Source: Octopus sinensis
Lineage: Eukaryota
Assembly: GCF_006345805.1 (NCBI RefSeq)
Contig: NC_043019.1
Span: 9,981,360 to 10,045,359 of the forward strand
Reading direction: 5' to 3'
Length of the DNA: 64,000 bases
Positions 24,320-34,990 of this stretch are shown piece by piece; within the stretch, counting starts at the first letter, position 1, and each line of letters begins with the position of its first letter. The notes under the pieces were generated by a model. The model was not told the DNA's origin. It ran no database searches and worked only from the letters and a program-made list of their open reading frames with translations. The position numbers were made by a program, and so were the translations under genes.

Positions 24320-25209
24320 TAGTTCGTAAAGGAAAACCATCTAGCTCTACCGTCTTATTTTTAGCACACTCAAACATTACCTCTGGTATTTCAGAACTCG
24401 AAATCGCATCACTCCACTTTGTGCGCCGCGTATAACAGCAGACGAGTTAGGCATCAATCCCGTCGTTTCTAGTGTGTCGTTCCTTGTAAACAGCTCGACA
24501 AAAGTGCTTCTGAAAAGTTATATGCATCTGTTTGAAATCGGATATCATACATTGTGAAAAAGCATCTTGAATTCACCTGCTACGCTACACCTCCTCCACC
24601 CAATCCCATTCAACAACTTTAATAGTCTCATTTTTTAATGCAACGCAGCCTTCGTTTTTAGTGTCAAACCAAGTGAGCAAGTATTTTTCTTTGATGCTAC
24701 CATTTTGATTGCAAAGTACCCATTAACAATTCATTCTTAACCAAATCGTTGATCCAATCCCAGTAGGTTTCCGGCACTTTAAGCTTTCAACTGCCTGATC
24801 CTGTCTATGACTGTAGAGGTAACAAACTTTTAGTCAGTCACTTGAAAATGTGGACAACTGGTGCTATTCCTAGGCACCATTCCAACAAAATCTCGAATAC
24901 AAACTAAACTATCAACTGCGATTCGCTGAAATTCATGTTAGAGTATATGACTACTGAAGTCGGTATCACTCAGTTTGAAACATCTGGGCAGTTTTAAGAG
25001 GTGATTGTTTCGTTTCAAGTGCTAATCTAGTCTAAGCTTAGTGTGTGTGTATGATACCATTCCATTCACTTACTTATAAGCAGAAAGATCTCAAGGCGTC
25101 TTAAGAAATGGCAGTCCTTCATCCGTTATGGTATAAACGGCTTCAAGCATCATCTTTTCTCAAATCTATAACCATCGACCTGCCATTCGGGTCGTGATAT
25201 ATCATTCTT

Positions 25210-25418
25210 AAGGCGGCGAGCTGGCAGAAATGCTACCGGGCGAAATGATCAGCGTTATTTCGTCTATCTGTACGTTCTGAGTTCAAATTCTGTTGAGGTC
25301 GACTTTGCCTTTCATCCTTTCGGGATCGATAAATTAAGTACCAGTTGCGTACTGGGGTCGTTCTAATCGACTGGCCCCTCCCCAGAAATTTCTGGCCTTG
25401 TGCCTAGTGTAGAAAAGA
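25210..25418 (+). mobile_element. SINE family 1, near full-length copy
   Basis: aaggcggcgagctggcagaa..gttctgagttcaaattc..gtcgactttgcctttcatcc..ggccttgtgcctagtgtagaaaag. Confidence 0.85.
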
Positions 25419-25689
25419 ATGTGAGCTCTAGAAATTTCCTAGAGAATACACCGACTCCAAATGACGCGGACGACCGAGAGAAGTGTACACATCGTAGTCT
25501 CTCAAAAGTACGAATAACTGCGTTCTGGAAATTCCAGTCTCACTGATATTTACCACTTATAAATCAATTGACCAGTGATCGTTGAGGAGGTCTCCCTGCT
25601 TCTAGACCCCATTACCTCATCCCGAATGTTTAAGCGTTTAATTTTCAATTCTTCCATTGTCACAGTCTTCGAGAAAAATGGGACCTGAT

Positions 25690-26770
25690 TTTTCTTTTGA
25701 ACTCCTAGAGTCATCCACAAAACACTGAAGAAAAACAAACTCTGCGTAATGCCCAGCTATCGCGACCAATGTCTAGCAAGAGTGTCATAAAAGTGCCACT
25801 AGAAATACTCTGATTGATGGCGGCCGTCTTAGCCGATATAGAGAAAGTTGCGATAATCTTGGGGATGAAGAAAATACCCACACAAAACTGGTCGAGGATA
25901 GGTATGGAACTAACAAATCAAGAAAACATTGATAACATAACTGACCTGATTGACCTCTCGGATGGCATCCACTTGTCCGTGACTATGCAGAGGAGAAAGC
26001 CAAGGTGTCACATATGTAGAGTGGTGACACACTAAAAGCTTCGGCCCCAACGAGTTGTGAAAAAACAGGATTGCTACTTTTATCAACTCCACAAACACAG
26101 CAACCACAGACCCAGCAGCAAACAAACAGCCTATAACATTAACAGTGACAACAGCAGCTACAGCATTCAAAGAGACTGCAGATACAACAGCAGTAGAAGT
26201 TCCAAACAATAACAGCATAAGTTGCAGGAACACCAGTGACACTAAAGCACGCAACTCTCATAAAAACTCCGGTACCAGCAATAGGAATGGTATCAACTAT
26301 AAAAACTACCCGAGCACCAACATAACATGACAGGACATGCCGTTCCTATTTTGGCTCTCTCAGACATGTTGTGCAGTAAAGGTGTCCAGAAAGAAGAGTA
26401 GGAGGGTCTCCTTCTAAGTAGAAAAATGGAGAAAAATGTAAAAAATTAATTCAGAGAAAATCTGGCAGGTGAAAACTGAGTCCTACGGCAATACCAATAC
26501 CAACTCCACTACTACATCACCAGAGACACCAGCATTACCACCAACACCGCAACAAACACAAACAGAACCCAATTTACACTCACACCAACAACCAGGATAG
26601 CATTTATAAGCATAACAAACGGAAAACATTTTCAACACACGGCTGGAGACACAAACAATAAAGAATTAATAGAATATATACATCAGCATTCAAACATTAC
26701 GCACAATGCCGACATGACACCTCCACATGACATATCAACTTACATTCGAAATTCTAAATAAAAATCTCGT
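25690..26770 (+). mobile_element. Tx1-like ORF1 relic
   Basis: DNITDLIDLSDGIHLSVTMQRRKPRCHIC, matching the ORF1 zinc-knuckle lead-in at 14581-15036; followed by a Thr/Ala-rich low-complexity tract. Confidence 0.6.
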
Positions 26771-27123
26771 CGACAGTTTTACAACCAGAGCAAGTCTTTT
26801 TCTTTAACTCTCTCTCTCTCTCTACCCTTCTCTCCCTCTCTCTCTATATAAATATATTTTGATTTTCTCACTTCCTGTCTATCTACATTGGCTATTTTAT
26901 GTCAGAGTTCTTACGGTCTATCATATATGTGGGGCTGGGCCGGAAGTACAGAGTCAGTGACGTCCCGTGGGCGGTCGAGAAAGAGAATCGAGGGAGATCG
27001 TGTGAGCGGAAGGATAACTAGCGGAGACCTTTTTGCCTTAGGGCTGTCGCTCGGGACGGACAGTTTTAACATAGTCTTCTGTTTATCTTTTATGTAAATA
27101 GGGTTCATCATGTGCCTTTGTAT

Positions 27124-27156
<33 letters not shown>

Positions 27157-27169
27157 TTTCCTTCCGGTC

Positions 27170-27381
27170 TTTCAAAATGTGACCTCGTGTGTACCGTTGG
27201 CGATTTTTTTTTCCTCTGTCTTCCCTTCTCTGGATCTTTCCTTCTCCTATGTTTCCGACGAAGAGCTCCGCTCGAAACGTTAAACCCTCCTTCTTTCCTT
27301 CTTTCCTGAGCATCCAATAATACTATATTTGTTCCACGTCCTCGCGTTGTTGTGTTTTTTTGTGCTTTCTTGTTTGGATTA

Positions 27382-27390
<9 letters not shown>
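27170..27390 (+). mobile_element. (TA)n-embedded module with minimal hammerhead; a truncated inverted copy lies at 10521-10605
   Basis: 27300-27385 is the reverse complement of 10521-10603; hammerhead motif at 27251-27285. Confidence 0.6.
27251..27285 (+). ncRNA. Minimal type I hammerhead-like motif (core U4C variant)
   Basis: gttt CCGACGA A GAGC tcc GCTC GAAAC GTT aaac: stem I gttt/aaac, stem II GAGC/GCTC, palindromic AACGTT stem III. Confidence 0.6.
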
Positions 27391-27457
<67 letters not shown>

Positions 27458-27531
27458 GCCATGATAGATCGTTAGCCACTACACACATTTTTTTTCTCTT
27501 CTTGTTTCTCTCCTTGTTTTTTTCTGTGTCC

Positions 27532-27567
27532 CTTTCTGTAGAAGAGCGTAGGCTCGAAACGTAAAAG
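27532..27567 (+). ncRNA. Minimal type I hammerhead-like motif (core A6U variant)
   Basis: cttt CTGTAGA A GAGC gtag GCTC GAAAC GTA aaag: stem I cttt/aaag, stem II GAGC/GCTC, ACGT palindrome, GUA triplet. Confidence 0.55.
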
Positions 27568-27814
27568 ACTTTTTCTATTCCTGAGCGTTATACTAATACA
27601 TCTGTTTGTTTTGTACACCACCTGTCTTTGTCTTTTGTTTTTTTTTTTTCGTAAACTCTCCCCATATATATATATATATATATATATACACAAAATAATC
27701 TAAATCTACACATTTCACTCAGCTATCAGTGAACTGCATCTTACAGCAGGTAGCTAATGAAGTTCATTGCATGATTTCATATTCCTTTGTTATTTATTAA
27801 TTTTCATTGATATA

Positions 27815-29590
27815 CGAAGTGGTGTCAAAAGGTTCCGGACTAGTTATGTTTAAAAAAGAAAATAACTTATTTACATAAGTTCTATCATCTCCTATGAAAT
27901 AGTCATCTCGCGCAGCAATACTCGGGAGTACTAAAAAGAAAACGGAATTTTGCAATATTATTTTATTCACTTGGTTTTACATCTTTGCACTTTGATCGCC
28001 TTCAAAGTATTCTCCATTTGAAGCAATGCATCGGTCCAGATGCGTTTTCCATTGTTCGAAGCAGTCCTGAAACTCTCGCGAAGTGATGCCTTTTAACGTC
28101 TCCGTCGTTTTTTTCTTCACCTCTTACACATCTGCAAATTCCGTAGCACCAGCTTTTGTCACCAGTGATGACTTTCGAAAAAAGGTCCGGATTAACTTCC
28201 AACTGTTCTTTCAGTTCACGACACGCATTCAGTCTTGACTGCTTTTGATCTTCCATGTGCAAGTGAGGAACAAATTTTGCTACGACTCCTTTCATTCACA
28301 ATTTCACGCTCAAAATTCGTTGGCAGGAGCTCCAGACAGAACACACCAGTCATATCAACAAGTTCGTCTATTGTTCGGCAACGGTCCTCCAAGATCAGTT
28401 CTTTTCGTGATGTTTTCATTCGGGGGGGGGTCACCCTGGATGAAGTTGCTCTTCAAGAGACAAGTGACAATTCCTAAAGCGTGAAAATCACTCGTAAACT
28501 TGTGTTTTGCTCATCGTAGCGTCTTTGTAAGCTATTTGAAGCATGACAACTGTTTCGGTCGCCGTTTTCCCCAGTAGAAAAAAGAATTTCACGGAAGCAT
28601 GCTGTTCCTTCGTTTCGGCCATCGAAAAAATCGACGAACAGGGGAGAAGCGATGCAAAACAAAGACGCACTACGTAGCTGAACGACCCCACAGGACGACG
28701 CCGGTCGGCAGACTAATGCCTGGGAGTCACATCAGATGGCTTCTAGCAGCGAAAACTGGAGCTACAACGGGTTTGTCCCACAGAGAACGTTGTCGGTTAC
28801 TTTTGGGTACCTCCTCGGAAACCGACCCCCAGCGTGTCTGTTACTTTTGGAATCCGGCCAAGAACTCGTTTTCCATAAGCAAGTCGAAAACCTTCAGCGA
28901 TTCGCCTTGGATCTCGACAATGATGTTAAAACCGCGATCTTTGAGCTGCATTTTCATCTTGGAGAAGAAATGGAAGTTCGCAGGTGCTAACTCCACTGGC
29001 GAATGGAGTGGAAGCAGAAATGATACCATGTTTTTGGAGAGAAATTCACGAATGAGGAGAGCCCGGTGAAAAATCCAATTCTTCGTGCTCCACAGATTCT
29101 GTCGCTTTCGACGAATGTTCTCCCTCAAATGCTTCAAAACATCGTAGTAGAACTCTCAGTTGGCGGTCTGGCCCCCTGGGGAAGAATTCTCGATATACAA
29201 TACCACATTTGCGGGAGTGGCGCTCGTGGCAGGTCTTCCAGATCCGCTCATCATCTTCCAGGGGCGTTCTTCCGCTTTTGAAACTCCCGTGCCACTCGAA
29301 ACATTGCTTATAACCCATTGCCTCGGCGCCATAAGCTTGTCAAAACATATTCTATGTCTCTGTAGCAGACTTCCCAAGTTTAACGCAAAATTTCACGTTG
29401 GTTCTTTGTTCCTGTCCACGACAAAATCGCAGACTACAGCATACGCGTGATCACAGAAACACAAATTTCACAACTTGCGAAGTAAACACAGCGACGAAGT
29501 CCATTGCTAGCTCTCACTGTGCTCGCAACCGTGTGTTGCCATTTGTAGGAGCGTTACCGAACTAGTACAGGAATGTTGGATACCACCTTA
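27815..29590 (-). mobile_element. Degenerate mariner A, interrupted by nested mariner B
   Basis: Degenerate TIRs with TA flanks at 27813-14 and 29591-92. Reads KFCVKLGKSATET..SGRPATS..GIVYREFF..LRENIRRKR..LAPANFHFF; its C-terminus CIAARDDYF resumes at 27870-27920. Confidence 0.8.
27921..28817 (-). mobile_element. Degenerate, internally deleted mariner B nested in mariner A
   Basis: MAETKEQHASVKFFFLLGKTATET..VAKFVPHL..VITGDKSWCYG, then jumps to FQDCFEQWKTHLDRCIASNGEYFEGD; TIR-like ends; TA at 27919-20. Confidence 0.75.
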
Positions 29591-30278
29591 TATATAAGCA
29601 CACCCATATTTATAATCATGTAATCACATGCTTGTCTTCATTTTATTCCCATCATTCACTAGCATTTTAATTTAGCAGTTAAGATAACGAGGAACCAGGG
29701 ATCTTGGTGACTGGTCTACCAGTCGCCAAAAATGAGCTAATAATGCATAGCTAGCGTCGTCGTTAAATGGGAGAAAAAACATAAAAATAAGATTGAAGCT
29801 AAAGGCCACAGAAGCAAAGAGAAAGTTAATCACTGAAGACACGGCAAATGGTAAATGACTGGAGATGATGGCAAAATTAGTTGCTTAAAGTACATATGAA
29901 AACATACTATTAATAAAGGTCATAAAGTAACAGCCAACCACTTGTTAATGACGTCATTAGTGGCATCTAATGTAAGTAATTATTACTTTTATACCAGAGA
30001 TATAGTGTTTGCTTATTTCTTTATTTCTTGCTTTATTTTTTGTATGCAGTGAGAAAGAACATCATTCTTGTAATGAGGAAATTTGTGTTGTGACTCTTCA
30101 TGTAAATGGACAAACTGAGGAAGTGTGTCTCTGTATAAGTGACGTGCTAGATATAGCAGTGAAATCACGCTTTATAGGAAAACATGGAAACTTGGATGAG
30201 TTGTTAACGCTTGAACATACAACGATTCAGTTGTAATGTACAGAGATTGTGTCAGAATTATTGACATTTGAGACACAC

Positions 30279-30319
<41 letters not shown>

Positions 30320-30599
30320 ACATATATGTGCATGAATGTATATATGTAAGTATGCATGTATGCATGTATGTATTCAGGAAAAAATGACGAAATTGAAATG
30401 AAGGTAGGATAGTAGAGTTTAGTATCATTTATGTTTGAGAAATTGACTGCTGTTAATGAGGAACGCAAAACAACGTGAGCTTCATAGTAAACTCGAAGTA
30501 GAAGAAATTTGGTAAGTAAGGTAGAAGGGGAGAAACAGAATGAGGAGGAGAGGGGCAAGAGTGAAGATGAATTAAAAGGAAAAACTGAAGTGAGAGGGA

Positions 30600-32400
30600 A
30601 ATTGTAAGATAAGGAAGAGATCACTAACCTCAGAGGAGATGTTGGCGCAGAGATATTCCAAAAGCCAAATAAATTTAAGGAAAAAAAATCTCCTAAAGAG
30701 TTACAGCATTTATAGAAAAATTGTTCAAGTGGAAAGAAAAAGAACGGTTCATTTGTTATTATGTCTTTGTGAAGCGGTCTATGAACAAATTAGAGAACTT
30801 AATGAAGCATGAAGTCGGAGCAAGCACAGATAAAGAAACCGGCAATAACGATAGCTTAGGTTCCGTAAAGAATTGGAACAAAGAAACTAACTTTGTGCCT
30901 GAGGATGATGCCAAGAAAGTGTAAATGACGAAAATCTATATCAACCTCTCAAAGCAACCGTAGAAATTAAGAAAAAAACCCCAATCAAATTGAAGTTATC
31001 ACTTCCACGAAGAACAGAATAAGAGAACCGTCTGGAAGAGACATATACAAACAGAAGAGACATATACAGACAGAAAACTAAAATTTAAAAACAAGGAAAA
31101 AAAACTAATGTCAAAAACAAGGGCATTGGAAAACAAAACGTTGAACACAAACCCTGTGTAGGCTCCACATAAAGGGTTTCTGTTGGCGTGAAGAGGTGGA
31201 GACAAACTGGCACTTTGCCCAGCCCAGATTATTAGAGCTGTATTGAACGTAGAAAATACTTGCCACTAAACTAACAGGACAGAGAAACATATCCGAAGAA
31301 GCTAATAATCCACAAGACACCAGCAGTAAAGCAGAGGAATCACCTGAAGAAAACACACCATCTACGCCCAATGAATTTCTTTCAGATCTCTCTAAAATGC
31401 TGTTCATGAAACAATACTCTAACCGAGAAGTAACAACAACATTTTGAACTTCTGTTTCACAAAAAACATGGAACCTATCCACAAGAAAAAGGTGACACCA
31501 TAACGTAATAGAAGTTACACTGTATGGCCTCAAGCAAATCAAATGTATACAATATGTAGCAAGCATTCGAACTTTATCCAGTCTGAATTTCTACACAACT
31601 GATTGGAAATTGCTTCAAAAAGAGATCCTAAAGCGAAATCAAGCCGAAAGTTTCTCTACATCATGTCTAATATGCATTAAATTTGCAGTAGGGAGAAAAG
31701 TCGATGCACAAAAGCATTTCTAGATACTAGTAAGTCCTAATGAACTGATAAATAAAGCTCTTATATCGCTTAAAAAACTGAAGGGCAGCGAGGTGAACCA
31801 TTTGAAAAAGAGGTTTCCAAAGATCGAAAACAAATTTAGACTTTCCAACAAAAACGAAGAGAAAGTAAGAAAAACCAAGGCGATTGAGAATTTAAAAATG
31901 ATCCGAAGGTTTTCTACAAATTGGGAAGAGAATCCGTCTTGGTGGGTTAAACAATGGGGATGTAAAATGGGGCAACGGAAACAGGCCAACGACTGAAGAC
32001 TCCCAAAAGAATAAGTGAACTACTAAATAAACAATTCCAAAGTGATTCCTTTTCACTACTCTGAAATATATAAATACAAAAGATTGCTGAGTTCCTCAAC
32101 AGCACATCTCTACTCAAAGAAGAAGCAATCGTCGATTATTTCGACATAACAGAAGAGAATGCAATATCGGCAATTGACGAACCCGACAACAAATGCCGAT
32201 AGTTTTCCAGTAATTCTTTGAAAGAAATGCAAGGCCTCGCCACAACAAATATTTTTTCAGGGCTTATTTGCAAGTGGTAAATTTCCTAAAAAGTTTAAAG
32301 ATATAATATGCTCTGTTCATAAGGATAAAATAGAGAAGAAACTAAAACTTACAAGCCATCTCTCTGACATTACAAATTCATAGAACGCACTGTCAGATAG
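30600..32400 (+). mobile_element. Decayed CR1-like LINE (ORF1 end, endonuclease and linker remnants)
   Basis: NLNFYTTDWKLLQKEILK remnant, KIENKFRLSNKNEEKVRKTKAIENLK, and SVHKDK..KTYKPSL resembling PIHK..NYRPISL. Confidence 0.5.
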
Positions 32401-32449
32401 AAGTTGATTATGTTCCTATAAGGAAATGGCTAGCTGACATGCAGCTTGT

Positions 32450-32769
32450 CTTGTTTTGGAGTTTAGCCTAAAGCAATGACAATATAATAAATTAAAAGTC
32501 ACTAGAAATCTAGGTTAGTTGCTATATATTTTACAAGAAAATTGTTATTAAGCTTTCATTATTAGATGTCAGAAAAGCGGCAAGTTGACAGAATCGTTAT
32601 TACGCCGGACAAAATGCTTAGCAGCATTTCATCCGTCTTTGCGTTCTGAATTCAAATTCCGCCTTTCGGGGTCTATAAATTAAGTATCAATGAAACTCTT
32701 GGGCCGATGTAATCGACTAGTCCCCTCTCTAGTCCCCAAATTTCAGGCTTTGTGCCTGTAGTAGAAAGG

Positions 32770-32770
<1 letters not shown>
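32450..32770 (+). repeat. Direct repeat of 44735-45070 (unique-looking flank plus SINE family 1)
   Basis: 65 identical bp at 32470-32534 and 44757-44821, with a SINE at the same relative position in both. Confidence 0.85.
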
Positions 32771-32828
<58 letters not shown>

Positions 32829-33550
32829 GTTTAGCTTTTGCTTCGTATTTGAACAAGTTGACTCCAAGTCTCTCTCAGAAACCTCAAGAGACAAGCTAAA
32901 AGTTCAAGTTGATCCTATGACTAGGGTGCCGTATATTTGGCTTTTCACAGAGTATTGTTTTAGAGAGTGCCTGTCAAAGCATAAGAAAATTAGAAGTTTG
33001 TTTAAAAATTATTTTGGTCATAAGATGACCAAAACCTTGAGATGACAGTAAAAGGTGCTTGCTATTTTGTACATTTAAAAGTACTTTTGACAATTTTTAC
33101 AGATTAAAATATTTTTGAAATTACATAGACAATATTTTTCGTGGATTATGAGCAGTTCCCATGAGCACTATTTTTTAAAATTTCTTCCACTTTTGGATTT
33201 CCTGGTATCTGAGATAGGTAGTAATCAGCCCCCTTTGCTATCATTCAAGTATTGCTTTAGTCTTGCCAATTTCTATTTCAAAGTCTTTATATTTTGCTCA
33301 GTTTTTGGTAGGCCTTGACAGATACATTTATTTTGATTAGGACAGTCATATAGATCAGAAGGCATAATTTTTATAACGTCTGGCTTATTTGCATCTATCT
33401 TTGAACAGTAAAGTTCCAAGAGAGTAAGATGTGATAATTTTCAAGCACTGATGGTGGTTTGCGTTATCACCAGTTTTAATCATGGGGTAGGTCCCAGTCT
33501 TCGCAAATTACCCAGTGAATATACTGTTCCGCTCTATCATGCCTGTTGAG

Positions 33551-33675
<125 letters not shown>

Positions 33676-33679
33676 ATTT

Positions 33680-34990
33680 CTCTTTATTACAGATTTTGTT
33701 GGAGCTTCTCGAGTCTTGCATGCGTCGCGGTGGCTTGCTACCTGCAGCCTACGGTACCATGCTATCCGTTCTCTTCAGGTGGTGGTGTTGACACTGCTTG
33801 CGTAGCTGCTGTTGCGTATGGTACTGGTGCATTGTTGCTCAAAGGCATCTCCCCCACTCCTTTGTTTATATCTCTTGGTATTTTTGTGCTGATGTGCTTT
33901 TGTTTCTTTTTGTTTGTTTTTTTGCATTGGAGAATTTTCGCCATTTATGCTTCCCACTGTCCTTTTCAGCACACAACATCTCTTGGGAAGTCCCAGACAC
34001 TGAGGCACCCATCTTGGGGGTGGTCATTGTGCTTTTGTTTTGTTGTTTGCGGGGTTTTCGTTTGCTGATGTTGTTGTTGGTGTTGTGGTGTCTCTTGCAG
34101 GTAGTGTTTGTTGCTGTTGTTTCCACTGTTGGTGTTCTTGTTACTGTTATTGCTATAAGTGTTGCTTCCAATCTCGTAGCAGATGCTGCGGTCATGCATG
34201 ATACAGCCGCATGTTATTGTCGTGGTTGCTACTGTTGTTGTTGTTGGTGCTGGATGTGGGATATTGGTTGTAGTAGAAGCCCCGTTTCAGCTATCATTGT
34301 GCGCTGTTGTTGGGATAGAAAATCTTGAGGTGGTTTGTATTTCCACAGTTGTAGCATTGCGGACTTCTGCCTTCTCCCAACCACCTGCAATTGCTACCCT
34401 CTCGGGGTCTGTATTAGATCAGGGAATTGCGTAGTAACTCAAGTTTTACCTGAATCAAAATCTCCAAGTCTAGCTTGACCCAGTTTTGTTTCGGAAATCT
34501 TTTTACGAGTTTCTAGAAGCAAGCAGGGGCTTCCAAAACCATACATTTCACCTATCACCAGAAATCAAGTTCTGGTGGTATGTTGGTATTTTTTATTCGG
34601 ACCACTCTCCGTCCCTGGAAAATATTTGTTAATGAGAAATTTGCATTTTAGCGGAACGGTAAAGTGTTTCTGAACAAGAGTTTCCAAGTGAAAAATAACT
34701 TGAATATACTCTAAATTTATGGACATGTCCCACAAAACTGATGTCTTGCTCAATGTTCTTTAAATAGAGCTAACCTAATCTGAAAGTATGCGCTCTAATT
34801 TGTTTCTTTCCGTCGACAAGTATCGATACAGATTTTTTTTCTGTTTGGACTAAAAAGTGTCGTGGTTTATTCAGTGTAACTTTGTTCTGTTCGGTTAATG
34901 TCTTTCTGCCTCTTTCAACTGTTTTCAAATGGAATAACATCAAACGCGTTTGTGATTTCGGTAAAAGATATTTTTTTTAATGAATTTTTA
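33680..34990 (-). mobile_element. Tx1-like ORF1 relic ending in AATAAA without ORF2
   Basis: FQGRRVVRIKNTNIPPEL..PDLIQTP..QVV..EGRSPQCYNCGNTNHLK (frameshifted), Thr-rich tract, 3' end ctgtAATAAAGAGAAAT running into (AAT)n. Confidence 0.6.
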
